Positions 22,815 to 35,164 of a DNA stretch of 46,815 nucleotides are shown here, piece after piece. The notes under the pieces are model-generated. The model was given only the letters and a program-made list of their open reading frames with translations. It ran no database searches and was not told the DNA's origin. The DNA comes from Octopus bimaculoides. Its lineage: Eukaryota. Positions within the stretch are counted from its first letter, which is position 1, and each line of letters starts with the position of its first letter. A program made the translations under genes and the position numbers. Where the stretch lies: positions 78,156,908-78,203,722 of the forward strand of contig NC_068991.1 in assembly GCF_001194135.2 (NCBI RefSeq). The letters are read 5' to 3'.

Positions 22815-23984
22815 TTCAGACGAAGCGACTCTCATTATTTTTATTATATTTTTTAAAACTTAACGATCCCATATTGGACAATCCCAGTCAAAATTATTTT
22901 TCTCTAAGAAAAATGTAAATATTAGCATGGCATCGCTGAATATAAGTGTTTACCTTTAAATGTTAAATTTCTTAGCCAAAGGTAAATTAATATTTATTAT
23001 AGCTTGACAATCTGTTTTCACCTTCGATTAAATGTCGTACCATTAAACGCAAAGGCGTATTCAATACATTTCCTACACTACATTTTCATGTTTGTCCCAC
23101 ACAAACACGAGGTTAAAAAACAACAAGCGGGTCATGTGGTCTGCAGCCTCGCTTTCGTAAGTCCTTTTTCGTTGACATGAACTGATACGATCTGGTTTTC
23201 AGACATTTAGGTAGCTCTTGTTTCATTCGTTCCTTTCGTAAGTCCCAAGTGACTCTGGTCGTTGAAAGAACTGGAAATGTGTATCATATATGATGCATGG
23301 ATCCTAGGTACCCAGTGTGTCACGTGATGCAGTGATCGCAAGGGAAACGTGAGTGCAACACCCCAACCACTTGGCGCCCTCTTTAGGAATTATTAGCATT
23401 TAAAAGCACAAAAGAAGAGAAAAAAAGAATTTAAAACTACCAAAGCAAAGATTTAAAAACGATTTTTAATTAACGGAATAAATTTGATCAAAATAAATGA
23501 CAAATTGGGAAAACTAACATTAGCAATTGCAAAGCACCAACAAAAAAAGAGACTAAAACGACCCTAGCAGCAAGTTTAAAACGGTTTTGGTCTATTTCTA
23601 GAGTTCACCCAATGTTCCCGGTAATAATTAATAACATCCATAAAGATTTAGACGAGTATTTCACAACAACAATAGAAAACTACAAATCGAAATCGCAATA
23701 AATTCTTAATAAAAACCAAACAGTAGAAGCATCACAATTGAATTTATAAATAGACAATTCTAAGAATAAAGTTAAGTTGATCAAAATGATAATTACAAAA
23801 GGCTGTGGAGTTGAAATATTCATTTACCTTAACAAAAGCAATCACTGCTTATTAGATTTCCACTATTAAAGAAACTGTTTTGTAAAGAATTATTCAGAAT
23901 GTCAGGAAAACAATGAAACTGACCGTTGTAATAAACAGTTTTTAACATTAAGTAATGACGCCATAGTGATGACGCTTAACCAAG

Positions 23985-24110
23985 CGGTTAGTTAGTTCAG
24001 TGTACGATTATAAGTTTGTGAGCTTCAATTCCTGGATCGGACAGCGCGTTGTATCCTTGAGTAAGGCACTTCATTTCAAGTTGCTCCAGTCTTCATAATT
24101 AAAGGCGAGT
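23985..24110 (+). mobile_element. SINE family C head, degraded
   Basis: GTACGATTATAAG..GAGCTTCAATTCC..CGCGTTGTATCCTTGAGTAAGGCACTTCATTTCAAGTTGCTCCAGTC. Confidence 0.65.
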
Positions 24111-24599
24111 CCTGGGTCAAGAATGGAAGACAGATAGTTTATATCTGCTGGTGAGTACATAGGCACCTAAAACAACGAAATCGTGACACCGGTTACCAAA
24201 GCATATTTGTTTACGAAGTGACGGATGGTTGGCAGCTTAACTGTACTAACACAAGAAAAAACATTCTAAAAGTCTGAGAGTATTTCTTCACATATTTTAA
24301 TAACAGAACCTGCTCAACAATAAGCTATTTACTGTGTTCTTCCATATCAGCTTATTTTATTAGACATCTGGAAAGTAGGCTGTAAAACGGGTCGAGGATC
24401 GAATCACGTTCCCAATGCTTTCAATTTTATGATTTCATTCAATCAATAAAATAATAGTATTTTCCAATCAAATCAAACAGGTGAACAAATAAATAGGTGT
24501 TGATTTTATAAGGTAAACTGGACATAACGAATTTGTAGCAAATTCATCAATATCGCATCATCCAAAAAGTTGAAAATAAATTTACAAATATTTACTCAC

Positions 24600-24660
24600 A
24601 AAATTCAAAGCACAATTATTGAAAAAATTCTTTTTTCTCATTTCAATCCAAATAATAATT
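24600..24660 (-). CDS. Candidate internal exon E5 (61 nt)
   Basis: Acceptor ttatttttgtttAG and donor |GTGAGT. The only open frame is phase 2->0 (IIIWIEMRKKNFFNNCALNF), which is what E4 and E6 require. Confidence 0.5.
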
Positions 24661-24896
24661 CTAAACAAAAATAACTGCTGCAGAAGAGGACAGTGATGAA
24701 ATGAAGAATTAAAAGGATTAAGAGACGAGATTATCCAGTCCTCAAAAAAGTGAAATATCGTCAAACAGATTCTAACTACGAAATATATAAAAAGATTCCT
24801 TTAAATAAGCAAAACAAACAAAAACGATTTTGATTTAGTGAACTTCAAGTCCATCAGCGTTATAGGAAATATATATTATTTAATGATTAAATGAAA

Positions 24897-24954
24897 ATCA
24901 AGAGCTATCAATACGTGATCACAATATCAAGAGCTATCAATACGTGATCACAAT
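24897..24954. repeat. Perfect 29-bp tandem duplication
   Basis: ATCAAGAGCTATCAATACGTGATCACAAT twice. Confidence 0.95.
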
Positions 24955-26264
24955 AACAATGCAATCGTAGATACCCCTAAACACATATATTTACAGAAAT
25001 ATTCAAGTGTCTCAAATGTATAGAGACACGTGTTCTATAATGGCCCAATCTATTTTATAATTGCTAACATCATCATCCTTCAAACTCCAGATTTAATCAG
25101 AGCGTGCTGTAGTGAAGCGTCATTCCAAATGACTGAATGCATGCATCTGTTGCGAACCCTTTCATTAAAAGTATGCTAAGCATGTGCTACAATGCAAAGG
25201 ACACATGAGCTCAAGAAACCAACGTTTAGAAAGGCACATATTGTTGATAAAGCAGGTATTAGGATTGTTACAATTACATACGGGAAGATATATTTGCGCG
25301 CTTAAACTGGTAAGTTTTATTTATATAAGGATTTGAAACATAAATTTCTTGGTGCGACTGTGACTCAACGCTATATCTATTATCTTTTTCAATGTAATGC
25401 TTCTTGTAAGATTTATAAAAATTCCGCTAACATTGGAACCAACATTTAAACTGGAGGGAAGGGAATAGAGTATAACATTTCGGTTTCTACCTTTGCATTT
25501 ATGAATATTAGCTTTATCATGTAAGTAATGTAAGTTCTGTGTTTGAAGCCAATCTTTTAATGCATCATTAAGAAAATGAGTATGTTTAAAGGATTAATCG
25601 TCAGAGGATAAACTTCATACACGATATCTACTGTCTTTGAAGGCCGCAGATCTAGGTTTTTAAAGATAATAACGAATGGGTAGAATTTGCATCAATATCC
25701 AGCAATTTCTCGTTTATTCTACATGAAGAACACTGATTACAAGAACGTAATACTTTAATGACTGAAGACTACAGGCTGGGCTTTATATGTCCTAATATAA
25801 AACTATTTTCTAGAGTCAATATACGACGAAGGCTCAGAATTCTATTTCTAAAATTTCCCTCGCCAACGTTTCCTAATTCACGCAGATTTCGTGTATGTGT
25901 ACTTACATACATATATATACACACATATATATATATATATACATATATACATATATATACATATATATATACATATATATGTATATATATATATATTTAT
26001 ATTTATTTATATATATATATATATACATATATATACATATATGGTGAGGTATATATGTAAGTATGTATGTATGCATGTATGTACGTGCATGTATGTCGTG
26101 CATGTATGTATGTATGACTAAATATTGAGCTCTTTATTTTTGTTCATGTAACCTATATAATATTTGTGTGTGTGTGTGTGCGTGCGTGCGTGTGTGTGTG
26201 CGCGTGTATGTGTGCGTGTAAGCTTCATATGAAATTAAATAAACGAAGCGAGAATCTTACGCAC

Positions 26265-26407
26265 TCCAAGTTAGCTGAGTGAACTGGTGCAACGTGAAAT
26301 AAAGTGTCTTGCTCAAGAACACAACACGCAGCCCGGTCCGGGATTCGAATTCACAACCTCATGATCGTAAGCTCGACGCTCTAACCACTGAGCCATGCGC
26401 CTTCACA
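26265..26407 (-). mobile_element. tRNA-derived SINE family C 5' part (well-preserved tRNA-like head)
   Basis: Minus strand: GTGAAGGCGCATGGCTCAGTGGTTAGAGCGTCGAGCTTACGATCATGAGGTTGTGAATTCGAATCCC, with A and B boxes and an ACG (Arg-like) loop. Imperfect stems and no CCA, then CTTGAGCAAGACACTTT. Confidence 0.85.
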
Positions 26408-27901
26408 AGGCGCATGAGGAAATGGTAGTGATATAATATATACATGTGGAAAGTATAAGATTCCTAAGCTGGTGTTGTGCCCCTGAGGGAAGAGATTTCG
26501 AAGTTTCCAACTAATTGCTTCTTCCTGGAACCAGAAAATTGTTTTTTTCCATCTTTAGTCAATCAGACAAACTTAAGAAATTTTATTCTTTACCAGTCCA
26601 GTAAGTCTCGTTTTTCGACAACGTAGAAAACGACTAATCACACGAATGTTGTTNNNNNNNNNNNNNNNNNNNNNNNNNNNNNNNNNNNNNNNNNNNNNNN
26701 NNNNNNNNNNNNNNNNNNNNNNNNNNNNNNNNNNNNNNNNNNNNNNNNNNNNNNNNNNNNNNNNNNNNNNNNNNNNNNNNNNNNNNNNNNNNNNNNNNNN
26801 NNNNNNNNNNNNNNNNNNNNNNNNNNNNNNNNNNNNNNNNNNNNNNNNNNNNNNNNNNNNNNNNNNNNNNNNNNNNNNNNNNNNNNNNNNNNNNNNNNNN
26901 NNNNNNNNNNNNNNNNNNNNNNNNNNNNNNNNNNNNNNNNNNNNNNNNNNNNNNNNNNNNNNNNNNNNNNNNNNNNNNNNNNNNNNNNNNNNNNNNNNNN
27001 NNNNNNNNNNNNNNNNNNNNNNNNNNNNNNNNNNNNNNNNNNNNNNNNNNNNNNNNNNNNNNNNNNNNNNNNNNNNNNNNNNNNNNNNNNNNNNNNNNNN
27101 NNNNNNNNNNNNNNNNNNNNNNNNNNNNNNNNNNNNNNNNNNNNNNNNNNNNNNNNNNNNNNNNNNNNNNNNNNNNNNNNNNNNNNNNNNNNNNNNNNNN
27201 NNNNNNNNNNNNNNNNNNNNNNNNNNNNNNNNNNNNNNNNNNNNNNNNNNNNNNNNNNNNNNNNNNNNNNNNNNNNNNNNNNNNGTGTGTGTGTGTGTGT
27301 GCGTGTGTGTGCGTGTGTGCGTGCGTGCGCGTATGTAACATTTAATTTTCTCACTATCCACTTGGGATAACACGTTCACTTCGCAGATGATTGCCTTGCA
27401 CAAGCATAACTGCATATGTGTAAGTGCGATTATACATTGGTAGATAGATAGAAAAAAATACATATATGTGTATATGAAAAATATACATTTTAATAATGCG
27501 TACAAACACACATGCCAACGTACGTATATATATATATATATATATATAACGTATAAGCATATTGGTCGATTAATGTCGGTCACATACTGTGTTTTCCTTT
27601 TCTAGCGTTAAAAAATTCGTTTATCTTTTTTTTATTTACAAATGTTTAACTACATCTAAAATAAGGATGGCCAAAATAGCAAAGAATCGGTAGTGGAAGA
27701 TATATGGTAAAAGTGAATCATAAAACCTATACACACACACACACACACACGTATATAATTATGTATATGTAGATATATTTTGTAATCAGCAGAAGTTACA
27801 GAGTAACTCAAGAACCGAGACTTTCGTTCATTGACACTTATCGAACTTACATGTATATATATACATATATAGGTATGTATGTCTATAGATATATAGATAT
27901 A

Positions 27902-27933
<32 letters not shown>

Positions 27934-29031
27934 NNNNNNNNNNNNNNNNNNNNNNNNNNNNNNNNNNNNNNNNNNNNNNNNNNNNNNNNNNNNNNNNNNN
28001 NNNNNNNNNNNNNNNNNNNNNNNNNNNNNNNNNNNNNNNNNNNNNNNNNNNNNNNNNNNNNNNNNNNNNNNNNNNNNNNNNNNNNNNNNNNNNNNNNNNN
28101 NNNNNNNNNNNNNNNNNNNNNNNNNNNNNNNNNNNNNNNNNNNNNNNNNNNNNNNNNNNNNNNNNNNNNNNNNNNNNNNNNNNNNNNNNNNNNNNNNNNN
28201 NNNNNNNNNNNNNNNNNNNNNNNNNNNNNNNNNNNNNNNNNNNNNNNNNNNNNNNNNNNNNNNNNNNNNNNNNNNNNNNNNNNNNNNNNNNNNNNNNNNN
28301 NNNNNNNNNNNNNNNNNNNNNNNNNNNNNNNNNNNNNNNNNNNNNNNNNNNNNNNNNNNNNNNNNNNNNNNNNNNNNNNNNNNNNNNNNNNNNNNNNNNN
28401 NNNNNNNNNNNNNNNNNNNNNNNNNNNNNNNNNNNNNNNNNNNNNNNNNNNNNNNNNNNNNNNNNNNNNNNNNNNNNNNNNNNNNNNNNNNNNNNNNNNN
28501 NNNNNNNNNNNNNNNNNNNNNNNNNNNNNNNNNNNNNNNNNNNNNNNNNNNNNNNNNNNNNNNNNNNNNNNNNNNNNNNNNNNNNNNNNNNNNNNNNNNN
28601 NNNNNNNNNNNNNNNNNNNNNNNNNNNNNNNNNNNNNNNNNNNNNNNNNNNNNNNNNNNNNNNNNNNNNNNNNNNNNNNNNNNNNNNNNNNNNNNNNNNN
28701 NNNNNNNNNNNNNNNNNNNNNNNNNNNNNNNNNNNNNNNNNNNNNNNNNNNNNNNNNNNNNNNNNNNNNNNNNNNNNNNNNNNNNNNNNNNNNNNNNNNN
28801 NNNNNNNNNNNNNNNNNNNNNNNNNNNNNNNNNNNNNNNNNNNNNNNNNNNNNATATTGTATTCCTTATTCAATTCAAATTTAATTTGGGAAAGTGATGG
28901 AGATAATGTTTATACAAGATGTATATGTTTTAATATTTGCTCTCCACAGAAAACATGTTATCGAAATATTTTGCAAAAATGCGTATGTCTGAGATATTTC
29001 GTGTGTTCCAAACTCAGTGTGTGTGTGTGTG

Positions 29032-29070
<39 letters not shown>

Positions 29071-29384
29071 TACGTGTGTGTATGTGTGTGTTGGAGAAAG
29101 TGTGTGCGCACATCCTTTTTAGTCAATAAAAACTAAGTGCAACAGCATATGTGAGATAGCCTGGTGAGAAGTTTGTCTTGTCTCTATGCAATAAATCGAT
29201 ATTATTTTTAGTGAAACTGTGCTGGTGATGGTAAATTTGGAACAGAGGACTGGAACTGTTTCATGAGGGTTGTGTAGAGGATTTGGTGGTGGTGGTGGTA
29301 TTAGTATATTTTATCGGAAATGTTCAACGAATATAACTGGTACACTGCGAAAAGGACAATTAAATAAAAAAATCTTTTTTTTAA

Positions 29385-29850
29385 ATTACACGGATGCAAC
29401 ACTGGATATTCTTTACTCCGATGCAACGATAAAAAGACGAGCGTTCAGAAATACAGAACGACAAGACTGTTTCATCTCTGTGGCTTTGTCATGCAAAAAT
29501 CTCACATTTCTTCTCTTTTTCTTTCTTCCCTAAGGATAAATCCTGGAAAATCCACGTGAGTTGCTTGTTTTTTCTTTTTTTTTTCTTTTGGAAACTGGAA
29601 TCAATTTTTCAGGTTCGCCATCACCAAGGAGTTCTTCAGCCAGCATTTTAAGAAATTCGCTTCTAGATTAGAGTTTGTTGTTCAATTTGAATTGTGGGTG
29701 CTTTTCAATATATAACAAAACAGGCATTGTTTGCTGCTGTATCAATCAGGTTGAAAAACGCTTCCATCGGCCATCTTCGTATGGTGCGTTCCATCGAATG
29801 GTATCTAATCATCTGGTCAAGTGTATCATAGAAGTTCTCGAACAGTAATG
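29385..29850 (-). mobile_element. Decayed piggyBac transposase C-terminus (PGBD-like)
   Basis: Reads DTLDQMIRYHSMERTIRRWPMEAFFNLIDTAANNA..SRSEFLKMLAEELL (third catalytic-Asp region, D..DQ..Y...R...RW motif). A remnant Cys-rich tail follows (KKCEIF..FC..YRC..QCC). Confidence 0.85.
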
Positions 29851-30194
29851 ATAATATGCTTCTTGATACGAATCTATTATTTTTATCTACAAAATAAGAC
29901 ACACTCCTCAAAGTCCCACAGTAGTCCAGTCTGTATTTTCATGGAACTTTTTTACAACTTAAAGCACAAACTCAAATAATTTTTTTTTGTTAACCAAAAC
30001 ACTTGGGATAAGTATGGTTTTAATTTACTGCACCATTGATTTGAATGAAATATCATTTTATATTTTAATAAATGGTTTCAACACAAAAAGTATCGGTGTG
30101 GTCACTTCCATATTTTTTAGGGCTAAGGATAGTTTTAAACTTAAAGGTTTATATTGAAGGTTGTCGGTTAAGGTGAATGCCAATAAAATATAAA

Positions 30195-30405
30195 TAACCT
30201 TTTCTGCTTTAGGAACAAGGCCTGAAATTTTGGGGAGGGGGCTATTCGATTACATCGGCTCCAGAACTCGAGTGATACTTGTTTAATCGACCCTAAAAGG
30301 ACGAAAGACAAAGCCGAACTCGGCGGAATTTGAACATAAAGCCGGATGTAATGTCCATTAAGCATTTTCTACAGCGTTCTAATGATCGTGCCAGCTCACT
30401 ACCTT
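30195..30405 (-). mobile_element. tRNA-derived SINE family A
   Basis: Reverse complement of the family A consensus, from GGCCTGAAATTTTGGGG to TGCCAGCTCAC. Confidence 0.8.
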
Positions 30406-30599
30406 AGGTAAAATAAAATTATCTTCTATCAACGTTGTTGTTGTTATGAGACAATGAGCCTGTTTATGCCGGGTTATTTCAACAATAGATTGTCAGATGG
30501 CGTTCTAACAGGATGTGTCTCAGCACTAGAATAAATATCTACACTCTATTCTGTATTGAGTAATTTCCTCCCTTCTTTGTAAATTCAAATGCTCATTTC

Positions 30600-31260
30600 A
30601 GAATTCTAAACACGGATTTCGTTAATGATGTGAAAGTGTCGCCGACGATTTTCTTAAACCATAAAGTGGTGAAACTGTCAATGAGTGGCCCAAAGGAAAC
30701 TGTAGACACGAATTGTACAAGAAGCATTCGAATTTTATCCAGCGTGAACTTGCACAAGGCTAATTGGAAATCGATACAAAAGAGATCCTCAATCAGAGCC
30801 GTCCTGAACATCCCTCTACGCAAGAAAATGACATAACGCTTAAGTAATTTATTTCAATAATGCAAGTAATATTCTTTGCATTTGTCGCAGAGAAAAATGG
30901 AGAATATATATACAAAAATAGAATCCCGAAGAGTAAAAATATTTATGAAATGAAGAGCAAAGTTTGAAATCACTTAAATGAATACCTGAGAGTCAGCGAA
31001 AAATCCCGCTTCAAAAAGTCTCTGAAAATGCAAAGACTACTATGGAATGAGAAAGAGCAGAAAGGGGAACCGTGTTTCTGCGGGTAATACAGAAGTTCTG
31101 TAGGTAATATGAAGGTTTCCCATACAATTTGCAAATTGTATTAAAAGATATCGACGTTGATACCAGAAAAACGCTTATTGATTGCGGACTACGTAAAGGT
31201 GTGTGAAATACTGAATAAACAATTCAAAAGTCTTTGCACCAATCCCACTGAGACACATGC
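30600..31260 (+). mobile_element. CR1-type LINE ORF2 fragment (end of APE domain plus linker)
   Basis: VSPTIF..NH..; NLHKANWKSI; EILNQS..; KNRIPK; KVCEILNKQFKSLCTNP. This matches the CR1 post-endonuclease pattern (..ANW..; E.LN.QF.SVFT), with stops and frameshifts. Confidence 0.7.
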
Positions 31261-31785
31261 ACAAGAAACAGACTGCGACAGAAAAACAGCCTATATTTTA
31301 CGCGGCCATTGTTGAGACGCTAGTAAATTAAGCAGGTGAGAATAGTGTTTTCATGTAGCTAATGCTTCTTATTTGCTTTTAATTATTATGGTTTGGGCAG
31401 GTGTACTTCGTACGTTTGCTGTTGAAGCTTTCGTCAACCTGTAAAAGATGAGGAGTTTTTTTTTCTTTCTGCACCCTCTAAATAAGTCAACTGAATTCTT
31501 ATGGAAGCAACAACGATCGATTGTACCGACATAAAGAAGGTGTAATATCATCCAGAAATGAAATGAACTCCGATGTCTAATAGTTTCCTTAAAAACATGT
31601 AAACAGGCCTTAACAAATCCACTTCATACATTTAACTAAAGCTTCCCAGCTTGTTGTAAGCTCACAAAAAGGTTTTTTAAAAAGCATAATAAAAGAGATA
31701 ACAGAGTGGATGCTAAAAATTACAAACCTGGTTTATTTTTACTACACAGTTAATGAACGAACTATGTATGTGTGTATGCGTGTGC

Positions 31786-32130
31786 AAGATCCTGGAAAGG
31801 TCAGCACTAAGCTTTGGCACTGAGAGCAATACCAATCCCCGAGCTGGACGCTACAGCATTGTACCAAAGGTCTCATTCGCACCACTTTGAGTTAGGACGA
31901 GAGTCTTCAATAATTTAGGGATCAAAGATCAAAACTCTTTCATATCCTGCAAGAAACCGTGAATTATCTACATGCAGTGGATGTATTCACGAAACACCGA
32001 GACATTCTAATATCTGAGGCTCCACATGAGCCATTTGTTGTTGTTTTTTTGCAACAAAAACGTAAATGTACGCAGCGGTATCAAACTCCTTTATTCGCTA
32101 TAAAAGAGACAACTGCCACAAAACGAGCTC
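31786..32130 (+). mobile_element. CR1-type LINE ORF2 C-terminus and 3' region
   Basis: KILERSALSFGTESNTNPRAGRYSIVPKV..RTRVFNNLGIK..; ..VDVFTKHRDILISEAPHEP. This resembles the CR1 tail (KIL.G..P, R...F, F.K..D..L). Confidence 0.7.
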
Positions 32131-32883
32131 CAGCGTGACCACATCCCACAGATTTGGACTGTATAAACAGATGCATTTATAAATGCGGGGAAAAAAATTA
32201 CCGATGGAAAATTATATAAAACCCCTCTTAAGATGCGGCTTTATAAACGCAGTCTCGGAGAAAAGAAAATTTTTTTTAACACAATAAGTGAAGACCCTGC
32301 TACTAAAAGTTTCTAAGTCTTCGATTCTTGTGTGATTTGCGCAATTTCAATATAAGCGTTTTTTATGTGTATTTTCAAAGACGTTGTTGTCGGTAGCGAT
32401 ATGAAGAGAGATGGGGACTGAGAATATCGGACAGATGGGTACATGTGTACCTGAATGTTAGGACAAATAGAAAGTTTATTGAAAAGTTGATTGTGATATG
32501 GTGACAGTGGTTAAATTACTACTGAAAAAAGATACTCTCGTTGATGAATAGTGAATTAAGAGTCGGCTCGTTTACATTGGGAGAAAGAAATTTATTTCGT
32601 CACGTTTGTTAACAGTTTTGTTGGTTATCTTCTAAACAAATAGTACATGGCTGTGAATGTGAATGACTGTGTGTGGGAAGAGAGAGAACGAGAGCGAGAG
32701 ACAGAAAGAGAGAAATGAGAGAGAGACGGACGCGAATGAGAGAGAGAGACGGAAGAAATGGCCGTCCGTTTACATGCACGGAATAATTCAATGTTTTGAA
32801 CATAAGAAACAAATCGAGAAAAAAATATCGGCAGAAGTATTCACATACATATGAGGTTAGGCATATGCGCATACATACTTTAG

Positions 32884-32915
<32 letters not shown>

Positions 32916-32974
32916 CATACATACATACACACATACATACATACATACATACATACACACATATATGTATGTTT

Positions 32975-33378
32975 TTCTTTTCTTTTTTCTTTTTCTTTTA
33001 TTTGTTTCAGTCATTTGACTGCGGCCATGCTGGAGCACCGCCTTTAGTCGAGCAAATCAACACCAGAACTTCTTCTTTGTAAGCCTAGTACTCATTCTAT
33101 CGGTCTTTCATGCCGAACCGCTAGATGACGTGGACGTAAACACACCAGCATCGGTTGTCAAGCGAGGTTGGGGAGACAAACACAAACACACAAACATATA
33201 CATACATATATATATATACATACGACGGGCTTCTTTCAGTTTCGGTCCACCAAATCCACTCACAAGGCTTTGGTCAGCCCGAAGCTGTAGTAGAAGACAC
33301 TTGCCCAAGGTGCCACGCAATGGGACTGAAACCAGAACCATGTGGTTGGTCAGCAAGCTACTTACCACACAGCCACTC
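32975..33378 (-). mobile_element. tRNA-derived SINE family B, full length
   Basis: Minus-strand head GAGTGGCTGTGTGGTAAGTAGC..GGTTTCAGTCCC..CCTTGGGCAAGTGTCTTC, central (TA)n, 3' end GTCAAATGACTGAAACAAATAAAAAG. Confidence 0.9.
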
Positions 33379-33464
33379 ATATATATTAGAAAGAGAGAGA
33401 GAGAGAGAGAGATGAGAGAGATACACACACATTTTCAGTGATAATGGTTTGAACTGAACCGTAC

Positions 33465-33504
33465 CTAATCTGCACATCCTCTGGTAACTCAAGCATGTCA
33501 CCGA
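33465..33504 (-). CDS. Candidate internal exon E4 (40 nt)
   Basis: Acceptor tcttatgttgtAG and donor TAG|GTACGG; phase 1->2 reads (V)GDMLELPEDVQI(R). Confidence 0.45.
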
Positions 33505-33720
33505 CTACAACATAAGACCGCTCGCGCACAACCACCTGGTTGACACCATTGGCTTCCAGCACGAACTAACTCTGTCGCCACGTGTTCACTAGAAGTCTTT
33601 ATGGTGCGCCCACACAGTAAAAAGCGCGCCAAAATCAAACCGCCTACGCTTTAAACAGTCACGTGACCACAAAGAATTATCTTTTCGTTTTGCCTTGCAA
33701 TTCAGCGTCGTACGAGCGAG
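33505..33720. promoter_or_regulatory. CpG-rich segment with E-box and E2F-like motifs
   Basis: High CpG density in AT-rich surroundings. Palindromic GTCACGTGAC (33658-33667), a second CACGTG, and GCGCGCCAAA. Confidence 0.4.
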
Positions 33721-33769
33721 AAATTATTTGAATATATTTTTTTCATTTGTAACAATATACATATACACA

Positions 33770-33821
<52 letters not shown>

Positions 33822-33938
33822 AGGCATTTATGTATGTGTCTCTATGTGTCCTCATGGTTTAATTTTTCAAATTTCTTTTCAGTAAGGAAAGTGTCATCAC
33901 CAGCTCCGAATCAAACCCTCTGGATACCAAGCACTTAC

Positions 33939-33984
33939 CTGTACATATCTGTAGGTTTTGATAGATGTGTGAGTTCACGACGCT
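33939..33984 (-). CDS. Candidate internal exon E3 (46 nt)
   Basis: Acceptor tttgcacctttatctcAG and perfect donor CAG|GTAAGT. Phase 0->1 reads SVVNSHIYQNLQICT; phase 1->2 is also open. Confidence 0.55.
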
Positions 33985-34911
33985 CTGAGATAAAGGTGCA
34001 AATATCTACATGCTTTGATGCTTTACATGTGTGTACATATACCTATGTCTGTAAACCTCCATGTGCTTAAGAGTGTGTGCGTAAATGCGTGTGTGTGTGT
34101 GTGTGTGTGTATTTTATTACATACAACAGGCAAACTTCTGGTAAGTTGTCAATATTTTTTTCAGGTTCCTTGTTTCAGCTCATGACTGTAAATTTCCAAT
34201 TAGTTATGTTCTTTATGGCTTTGTGGAACACAGACTCTCAAGATTAGTTCTGAGGTTGTTAATTAAGTAACCAAAAGCCCGATAGTTACAAATATCATAA
34301 ATATATAAAGAAAGAGTCCGAGTGCAGTAGCTGCGAATTTCTCATTAGTTTGCTATGAATGTACAGAATATGTTTCCTTCAAACCAACTACAAAAAGGAA
34401 GCATTGAAAGGTTTACTCAAGCTTGTAAGAAGCTGGAAATCAAATAATGTTGTTTTAAGGGAGAGAAAATAACAACTGGATAACTCTGCTTAATAAAGAG
34501 GCTGTAACTGAACTAATTCAGTAGTAAAAACGCATCAATGGGAAAATACAGAGATTAATCATCTCACACAAACACACTCGCGTGGAAACACACACACGCA
34601 CATATGGACGCTCACTACAGTAAATACATACACACTCACGCACACTCACACACATTCACACACATTCACACAAGCACTTACACACAGTAACACGAGAGCC
34701 CAGACAAATACATACATGCATGGCGACATATAAATGATATTCTGCAACATACAAACACAATACGGAAGAAAAATCAGTTGGAAATCGATTCAGAAGGTCA
34801 CAGATGTGTTGCGAAAATGTTTCGACAAACGAAATAAACTAATCGATAATTAACAGTAACGATTAAAAAGTGAACTACAACAAATTCGCATGATTTCATT
34901 GGCAGAATGAC

Positions 34912-34970
34912 CTTCCCAAAGTAGGCAATACTTTTCGCTTGCTCAACCTCATGATATGAAGCTGATACAC
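34912..34970 (-). CDS. Candidate internal exon E2 (59 nt)
   Basis: Acceptor gtgtatatttAG; donor AAG|GTCATT is weak. Phase 1->0 reads (G)VSASYHEVEQAKSIAYFGK and completes the signal peptide begun in E1. Confidence 0.4.
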
Positions 34971-35164
34971 CTAAATATACACATCTGATTACAAAATTGT
35001 ACATGCATGAATCAATTCTGAGCAATAACACAACCACAGATTTAATCAATAAAAACTTTCTCCATAGCATCTCTCCATCACAACCTACCTTAACCTAATT
35101 ACCAGTCAATAGAACTCCATCCAAGTCAGAAAATTTTTAACTCAAGAGACACTTGTATATAATG

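Noticed and set aside
26330-26407. tRNA-Arg-like gene
   Set aside because: Imperfect stems, no terminator or CCA, and it continues into a SINE body shared by four other copies; it is a SINE head.
31369-31440. Strong minus-strand acceptor (catcttttacAG) followed by VDESFNSKRTKYTCP or RLTKASTAN
   Set aside because: No consensus donor, both frames stop soon, and it lies between CR1 fragments.
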